Below, one piece after another: positions 12,761 to 27,169 of a stretch of 64,000 bases of DNA (the first letter of the stretch is position 1; every line of letters starts with the position of its first letter). The stretch lies in NCBI GenBank assembly GCA_030265395.1, contig JARFYF010000050.1:16623813-16687812 (forward strand), read 5' to 3'. The translations under genes and the position numbers were made by a program. The stretch is from Rhina ancylostomus. Its lineage: Eukaryota. The notes beneath the pieces were generated by a model, which made no database searches, was not told the origin of the DNA, and worked only from the letters and a program-made list of their open reading frames with translations.

Positions 12761-14499
12761 CATTTGTTAAATGACTTTGCAATCAGCAGAGCCTCTGAGA
12801 TGTTTTGGGATTTTTGATCTTTTAGTGTCCTTCACAGGGTTTAGTACAGGGCTATGTTTAAAATGCTTCTGAGAGCTATATGAAGTTCAGTTAACTGTTC
12901 AAATGTCATTGTTTTTGCATATTTAGAATTTATAGGATGGGACCTCTGTTGTGTCACCTACCAAGGGTTTGCCAGTAAAATGAATCAGCAACACTCAGCT
13001 AACCCCTAAAACCATCAACAAATTCAAGAATAACAATTGTATCAAAATCTATATTATTGAGTTGTGGACATGCTAAATAACCTTGATTGCTATTGACTAT
13101 TGATAAAGAGATATGGGTCCTACCACCTGTTACTTTCAGTGGATCCTATTTATTCCACCGCTTTTACATCCAACATCTCGGTTGTTTGCATACAAGTACC
13201 CTTTTCTTACAAAGGCAGGTAGCCAGCCCGATAATCAACTCCCTTTGCTTGCCATTCTTCCCGTTGAGTAGGTGCATCACATTGAATGTTGTTTCCGTAT
13301 TCAGAGGCTGGAAGTTGGCCTTTATTTGTTGCAGTTATCTAGAATTGATCTCGGGCAGAAATGTTGGCACTGCACCAAAGCTTATTCTAGCTGGCAATGC
13401 TACTATAATAAAGCAGAGCTATACTTAAAATGACAGTGAGAATGTTGGAAGGGGAGAGTATATTTTTAAACTGGAATACCTTTTAGTATTTTTCAATGAA
13501 TAGGAATGTTCCTTTTTGAAACATACTTTTCAGATGTCTTGTAGTAAAAAATTAAATAGGATGAACCTATTGTGTTTGGAAGGCTGAAAAGCTGGTAGTA
13601 ATTGTCCAGCACCATGGAAACATTTAAAATTTGGAGAATTCTCAATGTTGAACAATAAGTGATAAATGACAGTCAAAAGAATTACATATTTTGATTAAAA
13701 ATATGGTGCAAGATAGATCTGGAATGTTGAATATCTGCCAAATGCAGCCACTTGACAAAGGTCTAATAGAATGATATTTGACAGGCATATCCCAAGCTTC
13801 TTATTTCTTTTGTGTAAGACTCCATGCAAATCAAGATAATTTGCTTAAAATCCCCAAGTTCAATGGGTCAGAAAATACAAGAACTAGCTTTTCTTTCAGG
13901 AGATGTGTAGATGTGGAATTGCTAAAGAAACTGTGCATGAATGACATTGTGCAAAACAAAAAGCTCTTCCCGTGTCTTTCTTTACAAATTATATAAAACT
14001 GAACTGTTTGAGCTCTACCTGGAAAATCACTGTGATGACCCACTACTTACGCTGTTAGATTGCAGTTGCAATGTAATTGGGGANNNNNNNNNNNNNNNNN
14101 NNNNNNNNNNNNNNNNNNNNNNNNNNNNNNNNNNNNNNNNNNNNNNNNNNNNNNNNNNNNNNNNNNNNNNNNNNNNNNNNNNNTGCAATGTAATTGGGGA
14201 AATGGTTAATAAAATAACAATTGAAGGTGGCCATTTTGTCTGTGCAGGTGCTAGCCTCATTTTTATGCTCCCATCTCTACCTTTCCACATTCTTTCTTCT
14301 TTAGATACTTGGATCACCTTTAAATTGATGGTTTGTTTAAAATAGATTAATGTGACAGTGTTCTGCAACTTAACTATCAACATGGGGGAGGAAATGCCCT
14401 TTTGACAATCCTGAGTTGCATCACTCCTACCCTTCTGTTTTGATTTGATTTGTTATCTGTCCCTTTAAAACCTTTTATTTAGCCCTATGTTCTCTCTCT

Positions 14500-15700
14500 A
14501 CTTCAGTGAAAAATTGCTTCCTCTCTAAAGGCTCTTTTCATAATTTCTTTTGCCAGTGTTTTTTCAGTAAATTATTCACTATACCCACTGCATTGGCTCT
14601 AATATCCTGCCTGAAGCTAGACACAATACTCTGAATGTTATCTTAGTATTATCTTTTACAAATTCAGTGTCACTTCTTTGACCTACTATTAAGTGTCACA
14701 TTATTAAAATACTATAATGTCCCTATTATTAAAACCCTATAATACCACTATTATTAAACAACCATAATTCCATTATATTTTTGCAGCCTTTTACATTGCA
14801 ACCCTTTAAATATCTGTGCATAGATAGTCCTTGATCTCTCCACCTTTTTGCTAACTAATTTTACCATTTATGGTAAACCTACCTTTTGCTGTTTTTTTTC
14901 TTGAAGTGCATTATTTCACATTCTCCTCCATTGATTTGTATTTGCCATTTATCTAACTACTCCATTAACCTGTCAATGTCCTCCTGCAATCTTCTTTATT
15001 CTTGATAGATTGTCAGGTTCCTAGTTTCAGTACAATTCAACATCCCTATATTTGAATCTTTAATAGAACTGAAAATCAAATGCCTGTATATGCAACTATC
15101 TGAAAAGTAGACATTTAATTAAACAGCTTTTTAGTCCGTGATCATGACCCTCCACAGAATGATATATTTAATTGTGGATTCTTAATTTTTATCTGATTTT
15201 AAACTCCTTAACACCCATTTGTAAATATCAACTGCCTTTTGATCTGTGCTTCTCTGAAATGTAGTTGAATTGGATTATTATGATCTGCTTTTGGACCAAT
15301 GCTAACTGTTCCTAATTAGCTCCTGCTTTTTCCAAATGTTGAGTAATATAATTTCATTTTACCTTTACTAGAGGATTGCACACAATTGTGTTCTCTGAGC
15401 TTTTTGAACAGGGATGCGTTTGTCTTAGTTCACTTCCTATTGGTACAATTCAGTGGTTAGTGATTCCCTTCCAGCGGATTCTAGATCGTCTTGATCTAAA
15501 GCCACAGTCAAAAGGATTGTTTAATGCCATTATCTTTGAAAATTTATCTACAATAGTTGCTTGAGCATGTACTTGGGTAATTCCTGTAGCTCCCCAATCT
15601 ACTTGGGTGCTGCTTTTAAAGCATATTTGTGATCCCACGTCACCTTTCCTTTTATACTTTAACTTACTATAGTTGTCTTATTCTGTTATCCTCCCCCTTT
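14500..15700 (-). mobile_element. Highly decayed CR1-like LINE
   Basis: Pyrimidine-rich plus strand; the minus strand gives LQEDIDRLMExxDKWQxxxNxxxCExxH remnants (14900-15000). Confidence 0.55.
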
Positions 15701-15899
15701 TGATTTATGTTCATCATCATTTTCTTAGTATTCTTCTGTATTATTCCCATTTATCATGCCTTCAAGAAAAGTATTTACTTTCGTACTCTTTTGTATGGAA
15801 CTCCGTCCAGTGGCATACATCCTTACTGTTTGTTGGACCTGTATTTAACCTTGATCCATTTTCTATTGAAACAGCTCCCACTGCTGGTCTACTCTGAGT

Positions 15900-16280
15900 A
15901 GCTTTAATTAGACAATTTATTCCAAGCTATGTCATGGGACAATGGAGGAAAATATTTGAGGTTTTGCTTAAAATCTCCTTGGGGAAGAGAAAACAACTCT
16001 ACTGATTCTTGGGAATCCCTGTCCCATGAACACTCAGTGGAGAAAGAACATTCGGGACAACATTGAGAACATTGAGTTCACGCATCAAGAGTGGATGGAA
16101 ACCCTATGTCAACAGCAAAAAAAAAGCACATCTGTCAAACTCTCTATCTGCACCTCCTGCCCCTTCTGTGGAAAAAGTCTGTGGTTCTCATCGGCCTCAT
16201 CAGTCAACTCAAGGCCTATAAATCCGGAGTGGAAGCAAGTCATCCTCGATCACGAGGGATCGTTCAAGGAGAAAGAGTTC
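15900..16280 (+). mobile_element. RTE LINE 3' end
   Basis: TDSWESL...TSCPFCGK...GLIS Zn-finger-like terminus; same family as 34790-35030 and 51320-51440. Confidence 0.7.
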
Positions 16281-19189
16281 TCTTTGCTATTCTCAGCTCC
16301 AGAATCTTTACCTTAAATCTTTGACCCTTTATTTTAACTGTGGACCTAGAGGGATTAAATTCACTATTTTGCTCTTCAAATACTTGCCCCGACCCTTGGC
16401 AAGATCTAGCACAATACTTTTATAGTTATAAACCATATACACTAAGAAAATAATTCTGGATTTATTTTTGGAGTGCATCCCAATTTGATCAAACATTTTT
16501 TTTATCCCAATCTATTTTAAGGTAGCTGAATCCTATATAATTTCAATTGTATTAAATTAATAAAGATGGACTCAAGTTATCTAAAAACTGTTCTAGTGGA
16601 TAAATAAAATATTAAAAAATCAACTTAAAGTATTAAATGGAAATTAAAAACTAAGGTGAAACAAGTAAACCTGCACTTCATTTGAAAAGGGTTGCTGACC
16701 CTAAGTAAACAGTGAAGATCATGTTGCTTTTATCTGTGAGGAACTGAATATGGAGTACGTTTGGCCTCTGCTCAAATTCTGTTGCTTCACTGTTGAATTC
16801 ACTGAATGGGAGGTTAGATGTGCCAGTATTTCAATGCTTATGTGCTGAGTCAGATGATATAAACAGCATAGATAACTCTCAGCTAAAGGTGAATATAATC
16901 TAGCCGTAGGTAATGTTACAAGAGTTCTAGCACCTGCATTTTCGCTATGTTATTGTGGACAAGTTTACAGTAAAATAAAAAGCACAACTATAAAAGAAAA
17001 ACTTGGTAAACAACTATGTCTAAGTTGAGTCGGCCTCAGGAGTAAGTAATAAAATCCACTAAATGTGTGTATTAATGGCAATACGGTGATGTTCTCTGTT
17101 CATTAGTGTGCAGCTATGGGAAGGGAAAGCGCTGACTGGTAGTAAAAATTGAAGTCCATTTCCAAGCCACATCCTTGAGGCTTTATTGTTGAAAGGAATC
17201 TGCAAGCATATTTAATAACTTGCATTTAATTGTGCCCTCTAAGACAGTTTCATAGGGATGTAGATAGTAAACCTTGGCCACAAATGCATAGCCCCTATGT
17301 GGTTGTGTTCAGCATAAAAATATCTGATCAAAGTGTGCAAATACAGTAGAGGCCTTTTAATTGTGAAATTTTGTTTCACAGAACAATGCTAATATTTTCT
17401 AGCTGGCAGTTAGATGAAATATAGGAAATGAGCTTGGTTCTGGTAAATCAGGTTTGCTTGTTTACATTATCATTGCAGTGATTCAAAGAATTTCAGGATG
17501 TAAAACGCATGCAATTTAACAATGTGTTGGTCTTTGCTTAGGAAAAAAGTGACAAATTTCATGCCCACTGTGTGATGGTTTGGCTAACTTTTGTATGTAT
17601 AGGGGAATCATGAATCTTTATTGTAGCCTGCAGATAAAACAATTATATCAAAGACTCAGTTTGATGGATGACTGTATTTGAACTACTCATAAAAGGAACT
17701 ATATTAAAACTTGAAGTTCAAATTCCTTTGGCTTTAATTAACCATTAATTGAAATAAACTGAAAATTACTAATAAAATACAATTGAACAGTTAACACAGT
17801 GGAAGCAAGTTAAAAGGAATGGTACGAAAAGTTCTTCTGTGATAGCTGTAAAGATCCATGTTAAAATGAGTTTGAGCAGTTCAATGGGTATTTACCATAC
17901 ATTACATGAAACATAGTGTAGATGACCTTAATTCCAACAAGATATGGGTGCCTGATGGAATAAGTGGGAAAAGAATCAGTGCTGCAATAAAGGGTGCTTT
18001 TTAGAATTGATATTGAAGAATATTGAACTTTCTGTACTATCTTTGCACTATTGATTTATATGAGAGTATTTTAAAAATAGTGTTCTCATCGCATTGTGTT
18101 TATACAACAGAAAATAATGAATATTCTGTTTTCCCTATGTGAGAAAAATCTTTCAAAAGTGGATTAAGCTTTGAATATCATTGTTCAAACATTATGCTTC
18201 CTCCCCATATTACTGATCTATTGAGGGAAATGTGTATTCAAATAGCTAACAGCCCAGGTGAATTAAGCCATAATCAGATCTATCCTTGAAATTGCAGCTA
18301 TTATGGATATGCTGAAGAATCTGGGAAATGTCTCCTTTCTGGTTAACAGCATGTGCACATGTACCAGCACAGCTTTTAGATCACCTGTGCCCCTTAATCA
18401 ATAAACATCTGTTTCCCATTCAATTTACACAAGCTTGTTTTATTTTAACATGTGTTTTTAATTTGAGAAAGTACCTTGTTTTTGCTTTGTGGATTGATTT
18501 TTAATTAATAAGCTGGCTGGTGGAATTGGTTAATGTTTCTGTTAATGAAGAATAAAAATGAAAGCAGTCATCTTGGTCAGAACTATTTATGGAAAATGTA
18601 AAGGAGTNNNNNNNNNNNNNNNNNNNNNNNNNNNNNNNNNNNNNNNNNNNNNNNNNNNNNNNNTGTACCCCATCTTTTTTAAATCATCTATTTTCTGTTC
18701 ATATTAGAAAGCATGCAAGGGTATATTACTGCCACACCTTGTTTCCAGTTTCAGTTACATGCATTGTGTGGATTAAAGTTGGTACTCTACAACTACAAGT
18801 CTATCTGAGACCACATAGGGGACTAATCTAACATCAGGGACATTAATGAAAAATACTACCTGGCAACATGTCTTTGTAGCAATACCACACCAACTTCATT
18901 ATGACATGACACAAATTCATCATTTTCCAACAATCTAATTTCTGTTTGTAATTTCCTTCTACTGCTGTAGCACAATTCAGTCTACAATGAACAGTGTTCC
19001 CTGCATCAGCAAAACTAAATTCATCAGTAATTACTATTTTAAATGTTTCATTGTGGGCAACAGAATATGCACATTATTTGGTGGGTGAGGAAGTAAAATA
19101 CCAAATGCGATTTCATTTCTATCCAATGCATGAGCTTAAGGTTCCCGAATGCTTCATCTGTGTTTTGAACAGCAGGCCAAAGATTCCGA

Positions 19190-19533
19190 GACAGCACGAT
19201 GGTGAAGCTAGTAGAACCACTGTCTCATGTCAGAGACCTGGATTCAATCCTGACTCTGGGTGCTGTCTTTGGGCTGTTTGCACGTTCTATGACCATGTGG
19301 GTTTCCTCCAGGTGCGCTAGTTTCCTCTCTCATCCCAAAGACGTGCAGGTTGGTAGGTTAAGTGGCTGCTGTAATTTGCCCCTAGTTTGTGAGTGAGTAG
19401 TGGAATCTGGGGGCAGTTGATGAGAATGTGGGTAAAATGGGGTTAATGTGGGATAAGCTAAATGGGTTGTTGATGGTTGGTGTGGATTTGATGGGCCAAG
19501 TGGCCTCTTTCCCTGCTGTATTTTTCTATGAAT
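19190..19533 (+). mobile_element. HE1-like V-SINE
   Basis: Colinear with 7325-7642 and 31235-31575. Confidence 0.88.
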
Positions 19534-19849
19534 CTAGGAGCCATTTATAATATGATATCCCTGTCATCCACCTTACAAACCCCACTTGGTAAATTAAGGG
19601 GTTGGGGATGCAGAGTTGAAGGGTTGCCTGTCTTTTTTTCTTTCTATTTTTGAATATGATGCTTTACTACTGAGTCGCAATGTTCAATTTCCCAGCCGAG
19701 GACTGATGGTGCACAAGTGTGATTTGAGAAAAGCTATCTTGACTTTCATTTGCTTTTTAAAAGCCAAGCCACTTGATGTTATTTCTTTCTCTACGCATTT
19801 TCCCAACGATAAGTAGACTGATTAAGTATTTTCAAAGTAAAGAACCTGT

Positions 19850-20430
19850 GATATTGAGGATAAAAGTTTGAAGTCATGTTGCAGCTGTATAAGACTTTGG
19901 ATAGGCCACATCTGGAGTATTGTGAGCTGTACTGGTTGCCACTCTGTAGTAAGGATGTGGAAGCTTTGGAGAGGGTGCAGAAAAGGTTCACCAGGATGTT
20001 GCCTGGAATGAAGTGTATTAGCTATAAGCAGAGGTTGGACAAACTTGGATTGTTTTCTATGGAGTGTCAGAGGGGTGAACAGATAGAAGTATAAAAATTG
20101 AGGGATGTGGATAGGGTTGATAGGCGGTCTTCTTCCAGGATGGAAATGTCAAACTTCGCAGGGCAAGTTTAAGGTGAAAGGGAGAAAGGTTAAATGAGAT
20201 TGGCAAGTTTTTTACACAATGGTGGGTACCTGGAATGTGCTGCCAGGGGAAGTGGTAAAAGTGGATTTGATAGCAATGTTTGAGGCATTTATTCAAACAC
20301 ATGAACAGGCAGGTAATAGAGGGATGCAGATCACGTGCAGGCAAATGGGATTAGTTTAGATTGGCACCATGCTTGGCACATATATGGTGGCCCAGGGCCT
20401 GTTCTTGTGCTGTACTGTTCCATGTTCTAT
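19850..20430 (+). mobile_element. CR1/HER1 LINE 3' portion
   Basis: MLQLYKTLDRPHLEYC...ALERVQKRFTRMLPG...RLDKLGLFS is the canonical CR1 ORF2 C-terminus. Confidence 0.92.
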
Positions 20431-23400
20431 AAAAGATCATATAGTCTACACTTGTACGCACATGAATGTACTTCACTTTTTAAACCCATGTCTGTTTATC
20501 AATGGATAAATTGTCTGCTCTTCCTTGCTAGCTCCTTAACAACAAAACAAAGGTTGAGGTTACCTTTCATGAGGCTGACTTGTTGATGTCAATCATAGTA
20601 CTGCCCATTGTGTGATCAGGGAAGAAGAAAAGCTATCATCATTTTGTGGAAATTGTCTAAGATATAATAATGACTCTTTCCCTCTCCCTCTTGGCAACTT
20701 AAAGACAATTATTCCTCACCATCAGCAGCAACTGGATTAATGCAATAAAGTTAAAACCTCTGCATGTTGATGCTGGATGTTTTGAGATTTTGTGGAAACA
20801 ACTACAAGCATTGTGTATATTTTCAGTTAGCTTTGGAGGCAGTAACAATACTAAATCCAGATATAGTATGAGATAATTGAAATTATCCAGGTAGGTTTAT
20901 AAATTTAAGAAAATCTCTTAATTTGCATAAGTATATTGCTGCTATTATTGTTGTGTGTTTTGCTGTTTTGGAATTTCATTTGTTCTTGCTACTGCCCAGG
21001 AACTACTTAACTGGTGCCTCCAAGCCGTACCACAAAGCCTACCCCACACTTGATATTCTGCATCCTTTTCTCTCTGCTGTATTTGGGTTCACTTTGGAGT
21101 TTTCCATTTTTGGTGAAGCTATTCATGCAGGTTTTTTATAGTGCTTATGTTAAATGCAACTTGTAATAACATTTTATCAGCCCCCAGTTATAGGCATTAT
21201 ATACCATTGCTCCTGTACTTAATGGCCTGTTGTATGTAATTGGACGATAAGTGTAGCTTTTTTGCTCAGTGATAAATGAGGGAAGCAGGGCAGGATGATG
21301 ATGGGGTGTCAGTGTGATGCAGAAGCTCATGCGTGCTCACTCTCTTCCTTCCTCGTTTCAAATTTCCAGATTTTTCTCAGTTGCATCTATTTACACCTCT
21401 AAACAGATTCACTGGCATTAACAAATCTTTTTTCCTGGTCTCCACCCCATAACAGACAATTTACTTTGTTGTTTTTGCCCTTTCCTCTGCCCTCCAACTT
21501 AACTATGCCTGCGTTCTAAAATGTCCATTCTAATGAAAGATCTGTATGAAACATTAACTCTTTCAAATACCCCCTGCAGAAGGTTGTGTCTGACTGTGCA
21601 TTAGTCTATCTGTTGCCTTGGATGAAGATCCCAATGTTTGAATGGCTTGCTGAAACTATTCAAATTCATTTTGTATATAGGTAGCAAGTCATTGGGAAAG
21701 ATATAGGAAGACATCTGAGGCTGCAGAACAACTCATAAGACATTATAGGAAATATTTTTATCTTCAGGAAACACAATTTTGTAGCAAAAGGACGAAAATT
21801 GCAAATTGCTTTTGCTTTGTGTTCTTGCATTGAGACAAAACAAATAAATGATGCCAGTAATTAACCTAAGCAGAGAAGCAACCGAAAGACCACTTTTGCC
21901 AACATAGTGCAGTTGTAAATGGCATCTGCAGAATACCTGCATCTTCCGTCAGATATATTTGGAAGTGGTGGTTATGATCTGAACTTGTGCTTGGCATAAA
22001 GTTCAAATGATTCTAATCTACCTGATCAAAAATGAGTAGGTGTTCAAATTTCCACTGAGCTTCACTGTGATCCCTTCAAGTGGAAAATGCTTCAAAAATG
22101 TTGATGCAACTCTCAAACCAAACAAAAAAAAATTGAGACTGTAAGGTACGCTTGAATGAGGGTTTTTAAATGATTTAGCAAGTTACGTGGCTCTTCGTTT
22201 AGTTGGAGTTAAGGAACTGAAATGGGATCGCATTCCACAACTTGGTTTGTTTTTTGTTTACAAAAATTGAAACTCAGTGGTCCTGCGTGATAGGGTAAAG
22301 CAGCTGTTTAAATGTAATGGTAGTGAGACACCTGCTGTGACTTCAGCTAAAGTTTTCACAGTATTCCATCCAGTGATGGGAGCAAGAGGATATGGTGCAG
22401 GCCCACAGGGGGAATGGAACTAATAGCATTTTCTCTGCTGGAAGCCAGCATGGACCTGATTGGCCAAATAGCTTTCCACATCATAAGTATGAGTTCTATT
22501 ATAGCAAAACAAAATCAAGTATTATATTCAAGGAGAGAATCTATATTGTAAGAACACCAAAGTGTGTTTCTGCAAACTATATGATGGACTCTGACCTGAG
22601 CACTGTGTATTCCTGGAGTCTACATCGTGAATCTTTAAGCTTTCTGATGTCAGACTCAACAATGACTCTCTTCTTAAGATCAATCTTATGTTTGAATATG
22701 CTAGTGTTTTCCACTCCTGTTCCTGGCAGTTTGCTTTGTGTACAGGTTATCTTTCAATGTTTATGGCTTAAATACCATTAATTGAACTAATGTGATCAAT
22801 TATTCAGCTTTTAGCACTTTTGAGAATAATTCTGTTTAGGATTGTACTGGTATGTGAGTATTCTTTGTGAATGAAGACATTATGCATTATTATGGGCCAA
22901 CACAGACAGGATTGGGAAACCCCGGTTAATGAAAATGTAGAAAGCTACTTTCTACAGGATCCTTTAGTATAGACTCTAAGTTAAGAGAGCAGTACCTGTA
23001 GCATAAACTATTCTTAAATCAACAACCCATCAAAAAGGTCTTTGTAACTCATTTTAAGAATCACTGGTTGAAATAATGCAACATTTGGATAGATCTTGGC
23101 CTATAGCAGAACCATGGCAAGAATACACTTATCAAGGGCTTTGCATGTTCTAATGAAATGTGTTGTGCTGTATATACTTTCACAAGATTATTCAGAAGAG
23201 TTTGTTTAAAGCTACATGAATGAAATAAGAGGATTAGGCTAAAGGTATTTGCTAGTTAATGGGAATCGGTGATAAAGTTTGGCGCTCTGCCATCACAAGT
23301 TGTAAAATGATACTTGGCTGAACTGCAGTAGAAGGCACTTGGCCAAAATGTAATAAATAGAAGTTCTGACAAGTACCTGGAAAAAGCGGTATCATTTAGA

Positions 23401-23554
23401 ATGTAGCCACACACTCATCCCACCTCGATGCTAGCATTTGCCTGATGTACCAGGAGTTATTGATGCAATTCATACAAAATTTCGAGGATAATCTATATCT
23501 GTGTGAGGCAAAACCAGAAAAAAATTACTAAGTTTGAATTTTGTTCATAGGAAT

Positions 23555-23715
23555 ATTGGTTTATTATTGTCACTTGTACTGAGGTACAGTGAAAAACTTG
23601 TCTTGCATACTGTTCGTACAGGCCAATTCATTACACAGTGCAGTTATGTTGGATTAGTACAGAGTGCCTTGATGTAGTACAGGTAAAAACAATAACAGTA
23701 AAGTGTCACAGCTAG
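23555..23715 (-). mobile_element. Retroelement 3' tail fragment
   Basis: ggtttattattgtcacttgtac...acagtgaaa is the reverse complement of a tail similar to 9765-9800. Confidence 0.55.
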
Positions 23716-25414
23716 TTGCTGGAAGTGGGTACCTTAAGGGAAGATGCAAGTTGTTTATAGTAATATAGAACACTTGTGATGTACATAATGAAGATTAAAT
23801 AATGATTTTGGTTTAGCCTGCTGAATATTTTGGTGGTGGTTTGCTGTAATGTCATTGTCTAACCTTTATTTGTTACTTTTAACCTGCAAGCAGATCTTTA
23901 CAAGCAGTAATTTATTTGTGGATATTTATTTAATCCACTCAGATAATGAGCATCATTAGTAAAATTTAGAAAAGGGTACTTTTTAGTGAACTTGACCATC
24001 TATCGTTATTTGTCAGTTCATTATTTGTTGATGGCTGACTGAAGCATGAAGTATATGAATGGACAAACCTTCACATTGTTTTCTCCCTTGGACTGATCTT
24101 TGAAGTCCCTGAAGGGTAATTTGCCAGAAGCCAACAAAGCTACAGTTTAGTTTAACTGAATTTGAATATGAATTTTAGTTGCTCTGGCAAAAGACATTAA
24201 GAGGGAACTTTTATTGATGTTTTAGACTATTGAAGTAATTCTGTGCATTATACTTATTGTGTTCTGTATGGCCAGAACATCACAGTGAGAAATTTTGAGT
24301 GTATGAAGGGTAAACAGAAATCAATGGATCAGGAAGCAATTTTGTAAATTCAAGTAGATGAGCTAGCCTGGTCTGGTATACTTTCAGGGCAGTGTGACAT
24401 GTAGAACATGTAGCAAGTTTATATCATAATTTGTTATTTGCATTTTTATACTGTCTGAATTCAAGTTTGTTTACTTACAACACGGAGGCTATTTGTATCC
24501 ATGTCAGCTCCCAGCAGAGCAATCTTATTCCCCCTCTTAGTCACCTGAAGCCCCACAACTTATTCTCTCTAGGAAGAAAATTGGAAATTTTTTGCCTGAA
24601 TGATAACTACCAACATTTCAGTTCCAATTTGTTCAAGAAATGTAGGTGTAAGTTAATAAATCCAGAATATTCTATACCCTGAAAAATATCACCAGCACAA
24701 AAAAGGCATTGACGAGTCTGTGAGACAGATTTCCTAAAAAAAATAGGATGCTTGTGTAATGAAAGAAGGTAGTTTAAACAATGAGAAATAAAAGGATGAT
24801 CCTGATAACTGTGGGTGGCCTTGTGTATTTTAAAGTTCTGTACATGGGGAAAAACCCTAATTGACAATGTAATAAGCCAAAGAGTTGACTTTTTAACGTG
24901 TTTGCTGAAACGTTGCCCAGTCAGTTCCACGACTTGAGAGAATCACTTATATTAAGAACGTGCAACTGTTATTAAGTGATTTAAGCATACAAAATACTAC
25001 ATTCATGCAGTATCTATACAGGTTGTTGGCTTATTGCTCATGCAGACTGTAATAAAATGAAATTTCAAATTGATAACCAANNNNNNNNNNNNNNNNNNNN
25101 NNNNNNNNNNNNNNNNNNNNNNNNNNNNNNNNNNNNNNNNNNNNNNNNNNNNNNNNNNNNNNNNNNNNNNNNNNNNNNNNTGCAGAATGTAATAAAATGC
25201 AATTTAAAATGGAGAACAAATAGCGGGGGGGGGGGGGTTAGAAATTCATCCTATTGGTGGAATGGAGCACCAGATTTAGTGTAGGGTCTTTTAAAAAGGT
25301 TCAAATTCCACCTTATTTTGAAATTTTTATCACTGAAAATTCTTTACTCAAATTACTTGATTTATTAACCAACTTGTGGACTTTTTTTAGGGAGCTTATT
25401 CCTGTAGTTCTTAG

Positions 25415-25745
25415 TGACATATGAGACTGCCAATCAACCCATAAGGTTCATGTTGGCTCCTAGATGAGCAAGTAAGTTAGTCCCATTCCCCCTGTATTTC
25501 TGATTCTGTGCAACTTGCTCTTTCTTGAATATACCCATTAGCTCTGATTATTTTTGCCATGAACCTATGCTATTGGGTAGCTAATTAACCCATCTGAACA
25601 TCTTTGGAATGTGGGAGGAAACTGGAACACATAGGAAACCTAAGTGTCACAGAGAGACATGCAAACTCTGCACAGACAGCACCCAAGGTTCGGATTGCAC
25701 CTGGGTGCCTGGACTTGAGGTAGCAGCACTAACTGTTTCATAACC
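25415..25745 (-). mobile_element. HE1-like V-SINE
   Basis: tttggaatgtgggaggaaactggaacac...acatgcaaactctgcacagacagcacc. Confidence 0.82.
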
Positions 25746-27169
25746 GTTGAAAGTATTTAACAAAATAGCCAGGGCAAAATATACCTTAATTCAACAAGTC
25801 TTACTGATGTTGACAAGCTTGATAGCTAATTATTTCAGTCGTGTCTATAGAGTGGGTGCCTGGACAATGGAGTCTGATTGCAAATCTAAAGTTCAAAAAT
25901 CCTTCAATTTACCTACATTTTAAAATCAATTTACAAGAGAGGGAGAAGTGTTCTGTAATTATCATTGAAAAGATCTTTTAAGTTACTGGTATCTTTCTAA
26001 ATTAAAAAAAATAATTAACTGTTAACAGTAAAATTGGACTTTTACTCATTAACTTGTTAACAGTGCCTTACTACATTGAGTTTTCAAAATTGGCTGCAGA
26101 TTTGGACAAATACTGAACTTTGAATCTGTGTTGGCATCAAGAATAATCCTTTTGCCAGTGCTTTCATGTTTAAACTTGCAGATTTAGGATATAACTGAGG
26201 TCTAAGTTTGGATAGATATATAATCCTATGATGCTGTTCTTCTACAGCTTTGCTACAACTCCACCAGAGGTAGCTGTTCCACTTCTAATCCAGCTTTTAT
26301 TACTGTTGTTTACCCCAATAAGAACCCTACTACCTCAAGGTTATTCAAAAGGAAGTTGCTTTCCATTACAAATCTCTTCATAGCTTTCTAAATATGCACA
26401 TTTCACATTTACAAAGGTAATGTGAATATTTACTATTAAATATTGTTAACTGGAAATTTTGAAACAAAATTTAGCCTGCTGATAAATAAAGTTTTTTTGT
26501 ACAAAAGAATGCTAACTTGTTTTTTGTAAGTAAATGTTATTAATTTTAAGTAAGGTGTCATATCTGTTCAATTCAATGACATTTGTGTTGAATTAGNNNN
26601 NNNNNNNNNNNNNNNNNNNNNNNNNNNNNNNNNTTAGCCTGTAAGAATTTGTTGATTGTAATGCCAGGAGAAAGCAGGTTTTATAGTCCAACACACTCGG
26701 CTTGTAAAACCAGACACCACTCATAAAGTCTTAAGTGCCATACTATTTTGCCAACATTATACAAAACAACCTCCAGGGTGATTGCTAGATTACAGTAATA
26801 ATTATGTATTCCAACTTAGATTGTTTCTTATGAGATGAATATAGCTCCTTGATGATCATTTAACTCTAAGAATATGTTAACTTGCATCCTCTTGCTCCCT
26901 TTAATTCTATATCCTGCTGCGAAAATGGCTAGCTTGAGAGAAGCTTGTGTGGTCACAATGCAGTTTACACATTTGTGAAATATTTTAAAGCAATGTTTAA
27001 TATCCTTACATAACAGTAATGCTTTTGAAGTGCTTTTAGCTATTTTCTTTGAAATAAAAGTCTACTTACAATCTAAAATTTAAATTAAGGTTATTAAACA
27101 TTACTGGCATTTTCCACATTAACGTTGTACAGTATTTAGAGCTAAGGGTTTGTCTTGTTTCTTGTGGGT

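Noticed and set aside
14065-14200. tgcaatgtaattgggga repeated on both sides of a gap
   Set aside because: Contig-end overlap around a 100-N placeholder; an assembly artefact.
20923-21141. Hydrophobic 72-aa ORF resembling a signal peptide
   Set aside because: TTG start, T-rich composition explains the hydrophobicity, and there is no recognisable homology or donor.
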